A stretch of 64,000 bases of DNA from Macrostomum lignano (taxonomy: Eukaryota): assembly GCA_002269645.1 (NCBI GenBank), contig NIVC01000070.1, positions 248,001 through 312,000 on the forward strand, in the 5' to 3' direction. The position numbers were made by a program, and so were the translations under genes. A model generated the notes under the pieces. It was not told where the DNA came from, did no database searches, and saw nothing but the letters and a program-made list of their open reading frames with translations. Of the stretch, positions 34,317 through 47,411 are shown in pieces; the stretch's first letter is position 1, and each line of letters starts with the position of its first letter.

Positions 34317-35342
34317 GTACCAATTTCACGAGACACTACTAACTGCTATTAGCAGCTGCTAGTCGGCTTTTGGTTTCTTGAGTTTAACAGTCGCACTCTA
34401 ATTTTTACAATGCAGTCTGCTAACTTTTGGCTTCTCGAGCTTCATCAGTATGGGATGAGAACTTTGAGCGATTTAGGTGGTCAAGACTCAAAAGGCTATT
34501 GTTTTTTAGCAGACTTCTAATTCGCGCGGTTTCATGAGCGTATGCATGTCCTGTAGCAGTTCTCTGCTGACGAACACAACGTTATACATTTAGCTGCTAA
34601 AAATTTTTGCATAATTGAGAGGCGGCTAATTACTGTAATTAAGAATCGAGATTCCACTATTCCACGCGCTTCAATTAATTAGCTGATATCCCGGTCGGTA
34701 ATCGTCTACCGAGAGAGTTCAAAGATTGCGTGAATTTCGACGCCTGTGTGATGACTTCAAGCTGCAGCGCTTCCGAATGAATCTGAAGAAGTTTTAAAGA
34801 CGTCGTCGGCGCGGACTCCGACCGTCCATTTAAGTGTATTGGTCGACGGGACATAAAGGACATCTTTTATTCCCATAAAGCAGCGGCATCGCTACACGAG
34901 AATCGGGCAGCGTCAGCGACGCTAGAATTCTGCGAAATAGCCGTCTTTTACAAGAATCCAGACGGAACAGTGGATACCTTTTCCAGGATTATTCATTCTC
35001 GGCGACAGCATATTTCCCTGTCTGGACTGGCTATAAATCCCCACCTGTTCTGGCCGCCTCTGGCTCCGCCGCCATCATCCCTTCCTGTACAGAAAGTTTC
35101 TTGTGTTCGATGGATTCCATTTTAATTCAAAGTCACAAAAATCCGCTTCATAATCCATATTTTAAGCCTTCTCGCCTTGAGAGAGCCCATGTTTAATTCC
35201 TGCCGCATTATCTATGGCGCAACACTACAGCTATGTACCTATACCATGCTGCTAGTTAGCAGCTCAGACATGAAACTAAAACTTCCCAACTGTCGGTTAG
35301 CTGCTGCTATAAGTTAGCAGTGCAGCTTCGTGAAATTGGTCC
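34317..35342. mobile_element. Non-autonomous PIF/Harbinger-like element (~1026 bp), copy 1
   Basis: TIR G(T/G)ACCAATTTCACGA (14/15), 3-bp TSD CAG, TTAGCAG-type subterminal repeats. Possible frameshifted transposase trace on the minus strand (DDVFK..FFRF, ~34770-34810). Confidence 0.72.
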
Positions 35343-36706
35343 CAGATGTGCATATGTAATATAAGTTATCTATGGCCGAAAGACATTATATATCGAGTTG
35401 CTATGCTCATGAATGCTGATGATGAGTCTCTAGCTATTAACTGTGTGTATTTTACTTCTGAGAGTAGCTGATCGAGACATGCGCGTGTACCATGTATAAT
35501 TTACATGTAATGCACTCTGCGATCGCACTGCAAGCAGCAACATGCCCGGCATACTTCTACTGTGCAGTACCCATCGTAGTAATTGTAGATTTGTCAATAT
35601 CCGCCGCAGCCCTTAAAATTTTATTTTTTCGAGCGGTATCAGCTAAAGAATTACGCGTACACACGTAATTGTTGAGCCATTTTTTTAATTTACAATTTTA
35701 TTTCTGGTATCAATTTATGGTACATTGCTATTATTTCAATTACACAGCGCCTATATACTCGTAACATGATGATATGCCTCGCAAACTTAATACTTCTTCT
35801 AGAGGTCATGCGATGCCACCAGCTTGTACAGTAGTTGTAGATGATGCGACATGTACACTGCACATGCAAATCTAGAGACCCTGTTATGGCCATACATTTA
35901 CCGTATGATACATGTATATGCCCGGCTCCCCAACAACCTCACAAAGATTTTTCTCCTCGACTGAGACTAATGACAGGAGCTCAACTTTTCCCACCTCTTG
36001 GACGTGATATCTACCGATCACCGGGATAGGGGCACCCACCAAGAGACATGGGTGCCTCCCTTCGAAGGAGATAGGTTAATGGTCTTAAATACTCTGACAT
36101 CGTGTACGGTAACTATATGCCACGTTAGTGTCCTCTAACCCTAAAATTGAAACGTGTGTGGATGCATGTGCGATCTTTCACCCTCAGAACAAATGATGAC
36201 CTAGACATTTACATGTAAGCTGCAGGAGTCTCTGAACACAAATTGAACAACATTTTCGCTAAAGATTCTGAACTTTCATCTGTTTAGAAAACTGTGTGGC
36301 ACGCATGCAGTAAACTATACAAACGGCATTTGGATAATTACTTGATTAATACCCATGCACTTTAGCTATAATACACTTTAACCACTCTAAAGGGGGAGGG
36401 TGCGGTGAAGGTTGAAAGGGGCATTAATGAGGGGAGAGAAAGAGAGAGAAAGAGAGAGGGGGTGGTATGACTGCGAGACATCATGAGCCAGGTACAGAGT
36501 TCAGGTACCAGGTACATGTACAGTTGCCCTACCAGATTTTCATGCATGCACAGTGCTTCTCTATATAGCAAGACAGCATTTTTCAAGCTTTTAGAATAGC
36601 GCTTCTCTGCCCACAATTTTTGCCCTTCAGGTCTATCAAACCTCTGCTAAAGACGGGTCCATCTGTTTTATTTGGTAGAAAATTTACAATACCTGCTGTC
36701 AACAGA

Positions 36707-36737
36707 ATGGAGGACTTTGTCGCTGGTGCAATTGGCG
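36707..36737 (+). other. Duplicated exon 1 of the SLC25 carrier gene (MEDFVAGAIG + GTAAAT donor)
   Basis: Identical to 39787-39817 with intact ATG and donor, but not followed by its own exon 2. Confidence 0.9.
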
Positions 36738-36768
36738 GTAAATATGGACTGTGAGCTTACACCTATTG

Positions 36769-37031
36769 CAGACAGCTCCCTGTTCCTGAAGATTCTGATC
36801 TCACAGCTGTTACAGACAGCTCCCTGTTCCTGAAGATTCTGATCTGACAGCTGTTACAGACAGCTCCCTGTTCCTGAAGATTCTGATCTCACAGCTGTTA
36901 TAGACAGCTCCCTGTTCCTGAAGATTCTGATCTCACAGCTGTTACAGACAGCTCCCTGTTCCTGAAGACTCTGATCTCACAGCTGTTACAGATAGCTCCC
37001 TGTTCCTGAAGACTCTGATCTCACAGCTGTT
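36769..37031. repeat. 44-bp minisatellite (CAGACAGCTCCCTGTTCCTGAAGATTCTGATCTCACAGCTGTTA)n, ~6 units
   Basis: Truncated at the duplication junction. Confidence 0.96.
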
Positions 37032-37396
37032 AGATATATACTCTTCTGATATATTCAGTTTATGATTTTCAAATTCAAGTTCGTGAAGTTAAAAAAAAGA
37101 TTGATAATCGAGTATGGCGAGACTGAGACATGCAAAGCTTGGAGATGTCGATCACTACTGGTCGTATTTCAATGAGTGCATGTATTATTGAAGCTAAACC
37201 AGACAGAATAAATGTAAACATTATCCAATACTCGTATTAATGCTTATTTATAGCTAAAAAAATAAAATGCACGTAGGCGAATCCTAATACATTGGTCACA
37301 AGCACGTGCAAACTTCCGGCCGAATGATGATGTACACGTCTGCAGTTCAGTTAAAATGTGCCCCATTTCCCGGGACTTCGATGATGTGGGAATCAG

Positions 37397-38422
37397 GTAC
37401 CAATTTCACGAGACACTACTAACTGCTATTAGCAGCTGCTAGTCGGCTTTTGGTTTCTTGAGTTTAACAGTCGCACTCTAATTTTTACAATGCAGTCTGC
37501 TAACTTTTGGCTTCTCGAGCTTCATCAGTATGGGATGAGAACTTTGAGCGATTTAGGTGGTCAAGACTCAAAAGGCTATTGTTTTTTAGCAGACTTCTAA
37601 TTCGCGCGGTTTCATGAGCGTATGCATGTCCTGTAGCAGTTCTCTGCTGACGAACACAACGTTATACATTTAGCTGCTAAAAATTTTTGCATAATTGAGA
37701 GGCGGCTAATTACTGTAATTAAGAATCGAGATTCCACTATTCCACGCGCTTCAATTAATTAGCTGATATCCCGGTCGGTAATCGTCTACCGAGAGAGTTC
37801 AAAGATTGCGTGAATTTCGACGCCTGTGTGATGACTTCAAGCTGCAGCGCTTCCGAATGAATCTGAAGAAGTTTTAAAGACGTCGTCGGCGCGGACTCCG
37901 ACCGTCCATTTAAGTGTATTGGTCGACGGGACATAAAGGACATCTTTTATTCCCATAAAGCAGCGGCATCGCTACACGAGAATCGGGCAGCGTCAGCGAC
38001 GCTAGAATTCTGCGAAATAGCCGTCTTTTACAAGAATCCAGACGGAACAGTGGATACCTTTTCCAGGATTATTCATTCTCGGCGACAGCATATTTCCCTG
38101 TCTGGACTGGCTATAAATCCCCACCTGTTCTGGCCGCCTCTGGCTCCGCCGCCATCATCCCTTCCTGTACAGAAAGTTTCTTGTGTTCGATGGATTCCAT
38201 TTTAATTCAAAGTCACAAAAATCCGCTTCATAATCCATATTTTAAGCCTTCTCGCCTTGAGAGAGCCCATGTTTAATTCCTGCCGCATTATCTATGGCGC
38301 AACACTACAGCTATGTACCTATACCATGCTGCTAGTTAGCAGCTCAGACATGAAACTAAAACTTCCCAACTGTCGGTTAGCTGCTGCTATAAGTTAGCAG
38401 TGCAGCTTCGTGAAATTGGTCC
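37397..38422. mobile_element. Non-autonomous PIF/Harbinger-like element, copy 2 (within the duplication)
   Basis: Same TIR and CAG TSD as 34317-35342. Confidence 0.72.
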
Positions 38423-39786
38423 CAGATGTGCATATGTAATATAAGTTATCTATGGCCGAAAGACATTATATATCGAGTTGCTATGCTCATGAATGCTGAT
38501 GATGAGTCTCTAGCTATTAACTGTGTGTATTTTACTTCTGAGAGTAGCTGATCGAGACATGCGCGTGTACCATGTATAATTTACATGTAATGCACTCTGC
38601 GATCGCACTGCAAGCAGCAACATGCCCGGCATACTTCTACTGTGCAGTACCCATCGTAGTAATTGTAGATTTGTCAATATCCGCCGCAGCCCTTAAAATT
38701 TTATTTTTTCGAGCGGTATCAGCTAAAGAATTACGCGTACACACGTAATTGGTGAGCCATTTTTTTAATTTACAATTTTATTTCTGGTATCAATTTATGG
38801 TACATTGCTATTATTTCAATTACACAGCGCCTATATACTCGTAACATGATGATATGCCTCGCAAACTTAATACTTCTTCTAGAGGTCATGCGATGCCACC
38901 AGCTTGTACAGTAGTTGTAGATGATGCGACATGTACACTGCACATGCAAATCTAGAGACCCTGTTATGGCCATACATTTACCGTATGATACATGTATATG
39001 CCCGGCTCCCCAACAACCTCACAAAGATTTTTCTCCTCGACTGAGACTAATGACAGGAGCTCAACTTTTCCCACCTCTTGGACGTGATATCTACCGATCA
39101 CCGGGATAGGGGCACCCACCAAGAGACATGGGTGCCTCCCTTCGAAGGAGATAGGTTAATGGTCTTAAATACTCTGACATCGTGTACGGTAACTATATGC
39201 CACGTTAGTGTCCTCTAACCCTAAAATTGAAACGTGTGTGGATGCATGTGCGATCTTTCACCCTCAGAACAAATGATGACCTAGACATTTACATGTAAGC
39301 TGCAGGAGTCTCTGAACACAAATTGAACAACATTTTCGCTAAAGATTCTGAACTTTCATCTGTTTAGAAAACTGTGTGGCACGCATGCAGTAAACTATAC
39401 AAACGGCATTTGGATAATTACTTGATTAATACCCATGCACTTTAGCTATAATACACTTTAACCACTCTAAAGGGGGAGGGTGCGGTGAAGGTTGAAAGGG
39501 GCATTAATGAGGGGAGAGAAAGAGAGAGAAAGAGAGAGGGGGTGGTATGACTGCGAGACATCATGAGCCAGGTACAGAGTTCAGGTACCAGGTACATGTA
39601 CAGTTGCCCTACCAGATTTTCATGCATGCACAGTGCTTCTCTATATAGCAAGACAGCATTTTTCAAGCTTTTAGAATAGCGCTTCTCTGCCCACAATTTT
39701 TGCCCTTCAGGTCTATCAAACCTCTGCTAAAGACGGGTCCATCTGTTTTATTTGGTAGAAAATTTACAATACCTGCTGTCAACAGA

Positions 39787-41484
39787 ATGGAGGACTTTGT
39801 CGCTGGTGCAATTGGCGGTAAATATGGACTGTGAGCTTACACCTATTGCAGACAGCTCCCTGTTCCTGAAGATTCTGATCTCACAGCTGTTACAGACAGC
39901 TCCCTGTTCCTGAAGATTCTGATCTGACAGCTGTTACAGACAGCTCCCTGTTCCTGAAGATTCTGATCTGACAGCTGTTACAGACAGCTCCCTGTTCCTG
40001 AAGATTCTGATCTGACAGCTGTTACAGACAGCTCCCTGTTCCTGAAGATTCTGATCTCACAGCTGTTACAGACAGCTCCCTGTTCCTGAAGATTCTGATC
40101 TCACAGCTGTTATAGACAGCTCCCTGTTCCTGAAGATTCTGATCTGACAGCTGTTACAGACAGCTCCCTGTTCCTGAAGATTCTGATCTCACAGCTGTTA
40201 CAGACAGCTCCCTGTTCCTGAAGACTCTGATCTCACAGCTGTTACAGACAGCTCCCTGTTCCTGAAGACTCTGATCTCACAGCTGTTACAGACAGCTCCC
40301 TGTTCCTGAAGACTCTGATCTCACAGCTGTTACAGACAGCTCCCTGTTCCTGAAGACTCTGATCTCACAGCTGTTACAGACAGCTCCCTGTTCCTTCAAC
40401 GACACAGTTCCAAAGTTATCAGTCCAAACGCATCTTATCAAATTGCAAATCTTCAGGTGCCAGCGGATTATTGATTGGCCACCCTATGGAGGTGATGAAG
40501 GTGCAACTGCAGGTGACCAACGCTGGAGATACTTCTGTGGCGGCTAAGGCCATGCTTAGCAGAGGAGTTTGGCAAGGTAATGAAGAGGCAAATCGGTTCA
40601 TGAATTTAAAAATTCTACATTCCTTATTCATGATCGACCTCCTTTTTCAGGCCTTTTCCGTGGCATGTCAGTGCCTATGGCGTCATTCACGGCGGTGAAC
40701 GCTGTTTTCTTTGGTGTCTATGGCCAAACACTGGCTCTGCTGAGCAGTCTGCGGCCCGACAGTCGCTATGGCAACGTGGCCCTGGCTGGCATGGCTGGCG
40801 GAATGGCCCAGCTGCCTTTGACGGCGCCTTTGGACCTGATTAAAACTGCGATGCAAGCGCAGCTGAGCAGAGTGAGCAGTGAGTGACCCAGAACTTACTG
40901 AGTCTTGCATCACGACCCCTGGTTCGATTCCCAGGCCAACATTCATTTAGGGCTTGCGTGCGCTCAGGAGTCGACGGAATGGGAAGAATTGCCTCAGCAT
41001 TAACCCTTGCACTGCAGATGCAGCGGACGCATTCCATAGAGGCCCAGCCTCTTGCGCAATGGCCATTATTAAACGAGAAGGCCCAGCGGGACTCACTCGC
41101 GGTTTCGCGTTAACTTTCGCTCGCGACGTGCCCTCCTACGGACTGTACATGCTGCTCTACGATTGGCTGTCGGAGCGGATCGGTCACGTGACTGGGGAGA
41201 CGGCCGGCACTCTGCTGGGCGGGGGCATCGCGGGCTTGGTGAGCTGGCTGTCAGTTCTGCCCATAGACACTGTGAAGTCCAACCTGCAAGCCGAGGCTGG
41301 GACCGGATCGATGCGCCGCAGCGGTTTGTCTGTTGCTAAGCGGATTCTGGCCGAGCAGGGCACTGCGGGACTGTACCGGGGCGGCCTGATCGTGGCGGTG
41401 AGGAGTTTCCCGGTCAACGCCGTCACTTTCTTTGTCTGGAGTCGGACGTTGTCGCTGCTGCGGGAAGAGCAACAGCAGTTCTGA
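39787..41484 (+). CDS. Mitochondrial carrier, SLC25A29/45/47/48-like (281 aa)
   Basis: Exons 39787-39817, 40457-40576, 40651-40878, 41018-41484 (all phase 1; 846 nt). Three P.[DE]..K..[LM]Q signatures (PMEVMKVQLQ, PLDLIKTAMQ, PIDTVKSNLQ); GLFRG, RDVPSYGLY, RSFPVNAVTF. Confidence 0.93.
39848..40394. repeat. 44-bp minisatellite, ~12 units, SLC25 intron 1
   Basis: Same unit as 36769-37031. Confidence 0.97.
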
Positions 41485-41492
41485 CTGCAAAC

Positions 41493-41915
41493 TGCAGATT
41501 CTCAAATGCTGAGGGAGCGGAGAGGCAGACTCTCAAATGCTGAGGGAGCGGAGAGGCAGATTCTCAAATGCTGAGGGAGCGGAGAGGCAGACTCTCAAAT
41601 GCTGAGGGAGCGGAGAGGCAGACTCTCAAATGCTGAGGGAGCGGAGAGGCAGATTCTCAAATTCTGAGGGAGCGGAGAGGCAGATTCTCAAATTCTGAGG
41701 GAGCGGGGAGGCAGACTCTCAAATTCTGAGGGAGCGGAGAGGCAGACTCTCAAATGCTGAGGGAGCGGAGAGGCAGACTCTCAAATGCTGAGGGAGCGGA
41801 GAGGCAGCCTCTCAAATGCTGAGGGAGCGGGGAGGCAGATTGTCAAATTCTGAGGGAGCGGAGAGGCAGACTCTCAAGGAGAGAGGGGTGGAGTGACAGA
41901 TTCTCAAGGACTGCG
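41493..41915. repeat. 31-bp minisatellite (GCAGACTCTCAAATGCTGAGGGAGCGGAGAG)n
   Basis: Begins just after the SLC25 stop codon. Confidence 0.96.
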
Positions 41916-42309
41916 GAGAGGCAGACTCCTAGAGAAAGCATATGTAATGTTTTATTAAAAGTTACCCATTCGCAATAGTTGCTAACTAAATTTTTAATTT
42001 CCTTTCTTCAGGAGTAGAATCGTTGCATTTTGTACGTTTCTGATTGTGCTCAAGTATTAATTAACTATACGCGCGCCAATGAACTGCATAAGACTAACAT
42101 GTTAAGTATTAGATTAAATCAAATTGTTTTCTTAAAGTATAAACTTAAAGTATAAAGTATGATAAACTGTCTGATTGGGACAAAAATGGGACATTCAAAA
42201 AAGGACATTGACAGAACTGATCCGGAACAAATAAACTGTTTGAGCAGCCGCTGCCACTGATAACACAACTGTCTGATGCTTTTTGTGATTGCTGAAGGAA
42301 TTATTGTGG

Positions 42310-42815
42310 GAATAATTGTCAATCTGCTGAGGGGAATGATTGTCAATATGCTGAAGGGAATGATTGTCAATATGCTGAAGGGAATGATTGTCAATATGCT
42401 GAGGGGAATGATTGTCAATATGCTGGGGGAATGATTGTCAATATGCTGAGGGGAATGATTGTCAATATCCTGAGGGGAATGATTGTCAATATGCTGGGGA
42501 ATGATTGTCAATATGCTGAGGGGAAATGATTGTCAGTCTGCTGATAGAAATGATTGTCAATATGCTTAGGGGAATGATTGTCAATCTGCTGAGGGGAATG
42601 ATTGTCAATCTGCTGAGGGGAATGATTGTCAATCTGCTGAGGGGAATGATTGTCAATCTGCTGAGGGGAATGATTGTCAATCTGCTGAGGGGAATGATTG
42701 TCAATCTGCTTAGTGGAATGGTTGTCAACCTGCTGAGGGGAATGGTTGTCAATCTGCTGAGGGAATTATTGTCAATCTGCTGAGGGGAATGATTGTCAAT
42801 CTGCTGAGGGTATTG
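42310..42815. repeat. 24-bp minisatellite (GAATGATTGTCAATCTGCTGAGGG)n
   Basis: Direct tandem units. Confidence 0.96.
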
Positions 42816-43478
42816 ATTGTGTTTTTGCTTTTGGTTTTTAATCTATACCTATAAATCGGAAGTATATTGTGTTCTGTAACTATCGCAATGTTTCCAGACA
42901 ATTTATTGTCAAGCTTCTATGTATCAAACTAAGCTTATGTTGTTAGTTGACGTCTAAGTTTTGTTTAAAAAAATCTTACATAGCAGTACCGTAGATAAGA
43001 TGATGCAGAGCGAAGATGCTCTCCTCTGAAATATTTAAACAATGCTGAAGAAAATTTATGCATGAATTATTTGCTTTTTTTCTAAAATGAAGAGCCACAC
43101 GTTCGAGAGCGCTATGAGGCCCATTTAGCCAGTCAAATTGACTTGCTTTCTGAGAGCAATGCAAAGCTTGCACAAATAAATTGAGTACTTGTGCATAGTG
43201 CGCAATGTTTTTTAAAACAAACACGTCTTTTTCAAATTTCAAACATTTGCTGTTAGCAAGGCAACCGAGGCAGACACAACTACATGTGTATATTTTAATT
43301 TTCACACATGAAGGCCAGCCACACAGGCACAAAGTGTGGGCCTCATGACCTCATGCCAGTCATGACGTTGTGGACCTCGTGAAAAAAACGCCATGTTATA
43401 TAGCTGTATATCGCGTTGTAGACCTTGGTTTTGTACCGGTTCGATTTCAGATCAATGAAATCGTTTGAGTCAAAAGTT

Positions 43479-44431
43479 TTATTCGTTATAAATGAGACAC
43501 TCGAATGTCTTCAGGGAATACGAACCGGACAAAACACCTCCGTTTAAAAAGTAGCTCAGCGCGAAACTCGTGCTATAGGCCTCAGGAGGAACCCGGTAGA
43601 TACCGTTGGGGTTCATGAAGGCGCAGTACCCGAACCACCAACCAGCTGACCTTTCTTCAGCGCAGAGGCCGTCAGTGGTGAACGTTTTGCCATTCGGGGA
43701 AAAGGCTGCGGTGGTCAACTGACCCACACTTGACCTCTTCGCGTCCAGCGGTCCCATCGAGCACCTGTACTTGTCGGTCGCTGGACCTACAGAGAACGGA
43801 GCATTCTCAGCCCAGTACCAGTTGTCGTTCCAGTCGCTGAACTCCCACCGGACTCTCCACACTCCAGTGGCGGTGAGCTGGTGGAGCTGCTCCAGTCCCA
43901 TCCAGTAGTTGAGACTCTCGCCCTGACCGAATCCGCTCACGTACTCCGACCAGTTCCGGTTGAAGCTGACGGAACCGTCGACTCTGTGCTGGAACGTCTT
44001 CCAGCAAGTCTTCGGTGGATCCTTGATCTGAAGTACAAACCAGAAACGTCGATTAAAATCCACTGTTTGGCTCAGTAACTATATCAGTTATCATTCTAAA
44101 TGGAAAAAGCATCACCTACCCAGAGCATCGGCAGACTCGCGTCCTTCTCGTGTCGACACTTCCTGCAGGCGTCCCTGCCGCCCCGGGCGCACTGCATCAG
44201 GGCGCAGTCGCCCGACTCAGCGTCGAAGGAGGCCGCGTAAGCCTCGGCCGCTGACGATTTCATCAGACAGTCGGTAATCTTTGGAAGCTTGAGCACAGTG
44301 ATCAGCTTGTACTCGGTGATGTCGCCTCGGAGCTGCTTCCACTTCGATCGGCACCCGGCAGAGACGGTCAGCAGTGGCAGAAAACAGCAGGCAGCCACGC
44401 ACAGCAGAAGTCCTGCAGACGGAACCATCAT
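43479..44431 (-). CDS. Secreted PAN/apple-like + fibrinogen C-terminal (FReD) protein (286 aa)
   Basis: Exon 44431-44120 (signal peptide MMVPSAGLLLCVAACCFLPLLTVSAG; Cys-rich DCLMK..AASFD..SGDCAL), phase-0 intron, exon 44027-43479 (FQHRVDGSVSFNRNWSEYVSGFG..YWMGLEQLHQLT..CAEERSAGWWFGYCAFMNPNG). Confidence 0.9.
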
Positions 44432-45134
44432 CTTCTCGGATCGCAGAGAGTTTTTCGAACAATTCCCGTAAGCTGTCTTTCTGAAAAAACGGACTTGCCA
44501 GTCACCGGACTGTATGAGTATGATTACTCAACTTAAGGTTTTTCAGAGCGTGGCTTCCTGTTGCATTTTTGTACATGTATTTATACAGCACATCGACCGG
44601 CTTTCAATGCGGCATGAGCTGACACTGAGTCTTCCGATTTCTATTGACTGACTGCTGAGGCGTTTAGTGAGCAACAACTGCTTTGAATTTGTTGCTTTTG
44701 TCTTCAGCTTTCAGAGACAATAGTCAACAGTTTCTGGGTGAATTGTTGCGGATCGGATGCATGACGCTTTTATGCATGGCGCTATTGTAAATTGCAGAGA
44801 TTTCTCTGACAATGCCGATCGAAGCGACACCTGCTTTCGGGCTTTACGGCAAAGCCTTTTTACAGCTTTTTTAAGGCCGTGAATGGCTCAAGAACAGCCT
44901 CACTAAGCCGCCTTCCTCCATTAGCAACGCTTTTGCTGCTGCTTTGCAGTCAGTTTTAGCGCAATTCACCCTTTGAAAGGGTTGCACTGTCTGTCTTCTT
45001 TAGCTCGCTCGCAAGGCTTTCACTGATTGCTTTTAGCAGACATTCAAGTGAGAGTTCGAGCTGGGACTCCCTTTGATCTGTCACCTGTGCCTGTGTGCGT
45101 ATTATCTATTCGTTCGATTCGAACTGAGATCAGA

Positions 45135-45690
45135 GGCTGGCCCAGCAACTGACACTTTAGGAGGCTGGCCCAGCAACTGACACTTTAGGAGGCTAGCCCA
45201 GCAACTGACACTTTAGGAGGCTAGCCCAGCAACTGACACTTTAGGAGGCTGGCCCAGCAACTGACACTTTAGGAGGCTGGCTCAGCAACTAAGGATCTGG
45301 GAGGCTGGCCCAGCAACTAAGGATCTGGGAGGCTGGCTCAACAACTAAGGATCTGGGAGGCTGGCCCAGCAACTAAGGATCTGGGAGGCTGGCCCAGAAA
45401 CTAAGGATCTGGGAGGCTGGCCCAGAAACTGAGGATCTGGGAGGCTGGCCCAGAAACTGAGGATCTGGGAGGCTGGCCCAGAAACTGAGGATCTGGGAGG
45501 CTGGCCCAGAAACTAAGGATCTGGGAGGCTGGCCTAGAAACTAAGGATCTGGGAGGCTGGCCTAGAAACTAAGGATCTGGGAGGCTGGCCTAGAAACTAA
45601 GGATCTGGGAGGCTGGCCTAGAAACTAAGGATCTGGGAGTCTGGCCCAGCAACTAAGGATCTGGGAGGCTGGCCCAGCAGCTAAAGATCT
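45135..45690. repeat. Two related 28-bp minisatellite blocks (GGAGGCTGGCCCAGCAACT + GACACTTTA or AAGGATCTG)
   Basis: The unit switches its 3' half at ~45290. Confidence 0.95.
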
Positions 45691-46065
45691 TGGGTGACAA
45701 TTATGAATATTTACATATAGAAAGAAAAATTACAGGAGCCATTTAAAAAAAGGTGAGAAGCCAAGTAAGCATCATTTCTATTTATATTCCTATTAGCACG
45801 TAATAACTTTTAATCTGCAACATAAAATGAAGCCTTAACATTTAGCAAGTTGATGAATAAAACACAGAAGAGTGTGCTAAACTTGCTTGTAATTTATCTT
45901 AGGAGACGCACAATGGCTTACACATATGCATATATATTTAATTATTTTATTTTTAAGCATCAGCCTCTCAGCAGCCCAGCAATTCAAGAATGCCAAAAAT
46001 TAATTCTGTTTTAATGCCTGCAACTAAACGCTTTTTATGCAGCACACGGAGTAGAACAATAGTTA

Positions 46066-46435
46066 CGAGGGGTGTCCAAAAAGGCTCGTACACAAACTAT
46101 ATCGAAATTTATAATAGTCGACTTCTGCACTCATTCATTAAGAAGGCATCGATAAATGTCTTTGCTGACAGGTTGGACAAGCAGAAATCAACAATTCATC
46201 GAAGCTTACTCGGCATGGATCTCGTGAAGCTCAGCCTATAATTTGTGTAACTCTGTGGTACAGGTACTGTTACTTTCGTGGGTATAACTTTTGTTATCTG
46301 GTATCAATTTTAAAAAATTCAAAAGGCAGTCTGTAGAAGAGATTTGCCGCTATCAGTTCATAAAATTTTAAATCACAGGAAGCTATAGAATGATAGCTAC
46401 GGTTAAAAGTATCACTACTTTTTGGACACCCCTCG
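46066..46435 (+). mobile_element. Internally deleted mariner (Tc1/mariner) element, 370 bp
   Basis: Perfect 18-bp TIR CGAGGGGTGTCCAAAAAG; TA TSD at 46064-46065 and 46436-46437; internal remnant ADRLDKQKSTIHRSL resembles the mariner transposase HTH. Confidence 0.9.
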
Positions 46436-47019
46436 TATATGTACATGTCAAGTTAAACAACTAGTCGCAATAATAAAAATGGTGCTCGCTAGAAGTACAT
46501 TATTATCAGCTTACGCATTATAATAAATTAATATGCATAGAAAAATTTGTGATAAACAGATTAATTCAAACGCGGTATATGCCCAGGTAAATACACCTGT
46601 ATAGAATTACAGGTAGGTTATTTGGAAATCGCAGAGCATATTTACAAAAATTACAAGAAGGCACTGGCAGGGGTACATTTACCATGTATATAGTTATTTT
46701 TAATCAAAAAATGACGCTTGCACAATAAACAGCGGATGACTACTTGAAGTAGCGAGTAATATATGATGCATCTTTCAAAGCGTGGAACTTTTTGTGGCCA
46801 AGGTGGATATTTACAAGTTGAAAATACTGCAGTCTCAATGTGGATTTAAGCCAAGTTTTTTCAGAGTTGGATTAGCCAATTATTAAGAAACTTTTTAAGT
46901 GGGGACCCGAAATTATTCCAAGAGCCTGGAAAGGTGAATCTGAGGTCAATGAAAGTTAGTTCCAGACTCTCAGGAGATCTGAAAGGATATCAGTGATAGA
47001 TAATCCAAGGGTTCGTAGG

Positions 47020-47280
47020 AGCTAATCCAAGGACTAGTGAGAGTTAATCCAAGGATCAGTGAGAGCTAATCCAAGGATTAGTGAGAGCTAATCCAATGAT
47101 TAGTGAGAGTTAATCCAAGGATAAGTGAGAGCTAATCTAAGGATTAGTGAGAGCTAATCCAATGATTAGTGAGAGCTAATCCAATGATTAGTGAGAGCTA
47201 ATCCAAGGATCAGTGAGAGCTAATCTAAGGATTAGTGAGAGCTAATCCAATGATTAGTGAGAGTTAATCCAAATATCAAA
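47020..47280. repeat. 22-bp minisatellite (GTGAGAGCTAATCCAAGGATTA)n
   Basis: Downstream of MAU2. Confidence 0.93.
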
Positions 47281-47411
47281 AATAGTTAATATTAGGATTA
47301 GAGAGTTAATCCGAAGTTCTAAGAAGGCTTAACCCTAGGGCATCTCGTAGGGTATGGGTAGAATGGCAGGCTTCTGAGAATCAGAGTTGCAATATATCTT
47401 TTTGGACTAAT

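Larger units (their letters stand above)
33961..40394 (+). repeat. Head-to-tail tandem segmental duplication, period ~3080 bp (33961-37031; 37040-~40110 plus longer array)
   Basis: Identical ORFs offset by 3080 (34675/37755, 35690/38770, 35841/38921, 36362/39442). I saw only a homopolymer-A difference and one SNP (GTTGAG vs GGTGAG). Confidence 0.97.
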
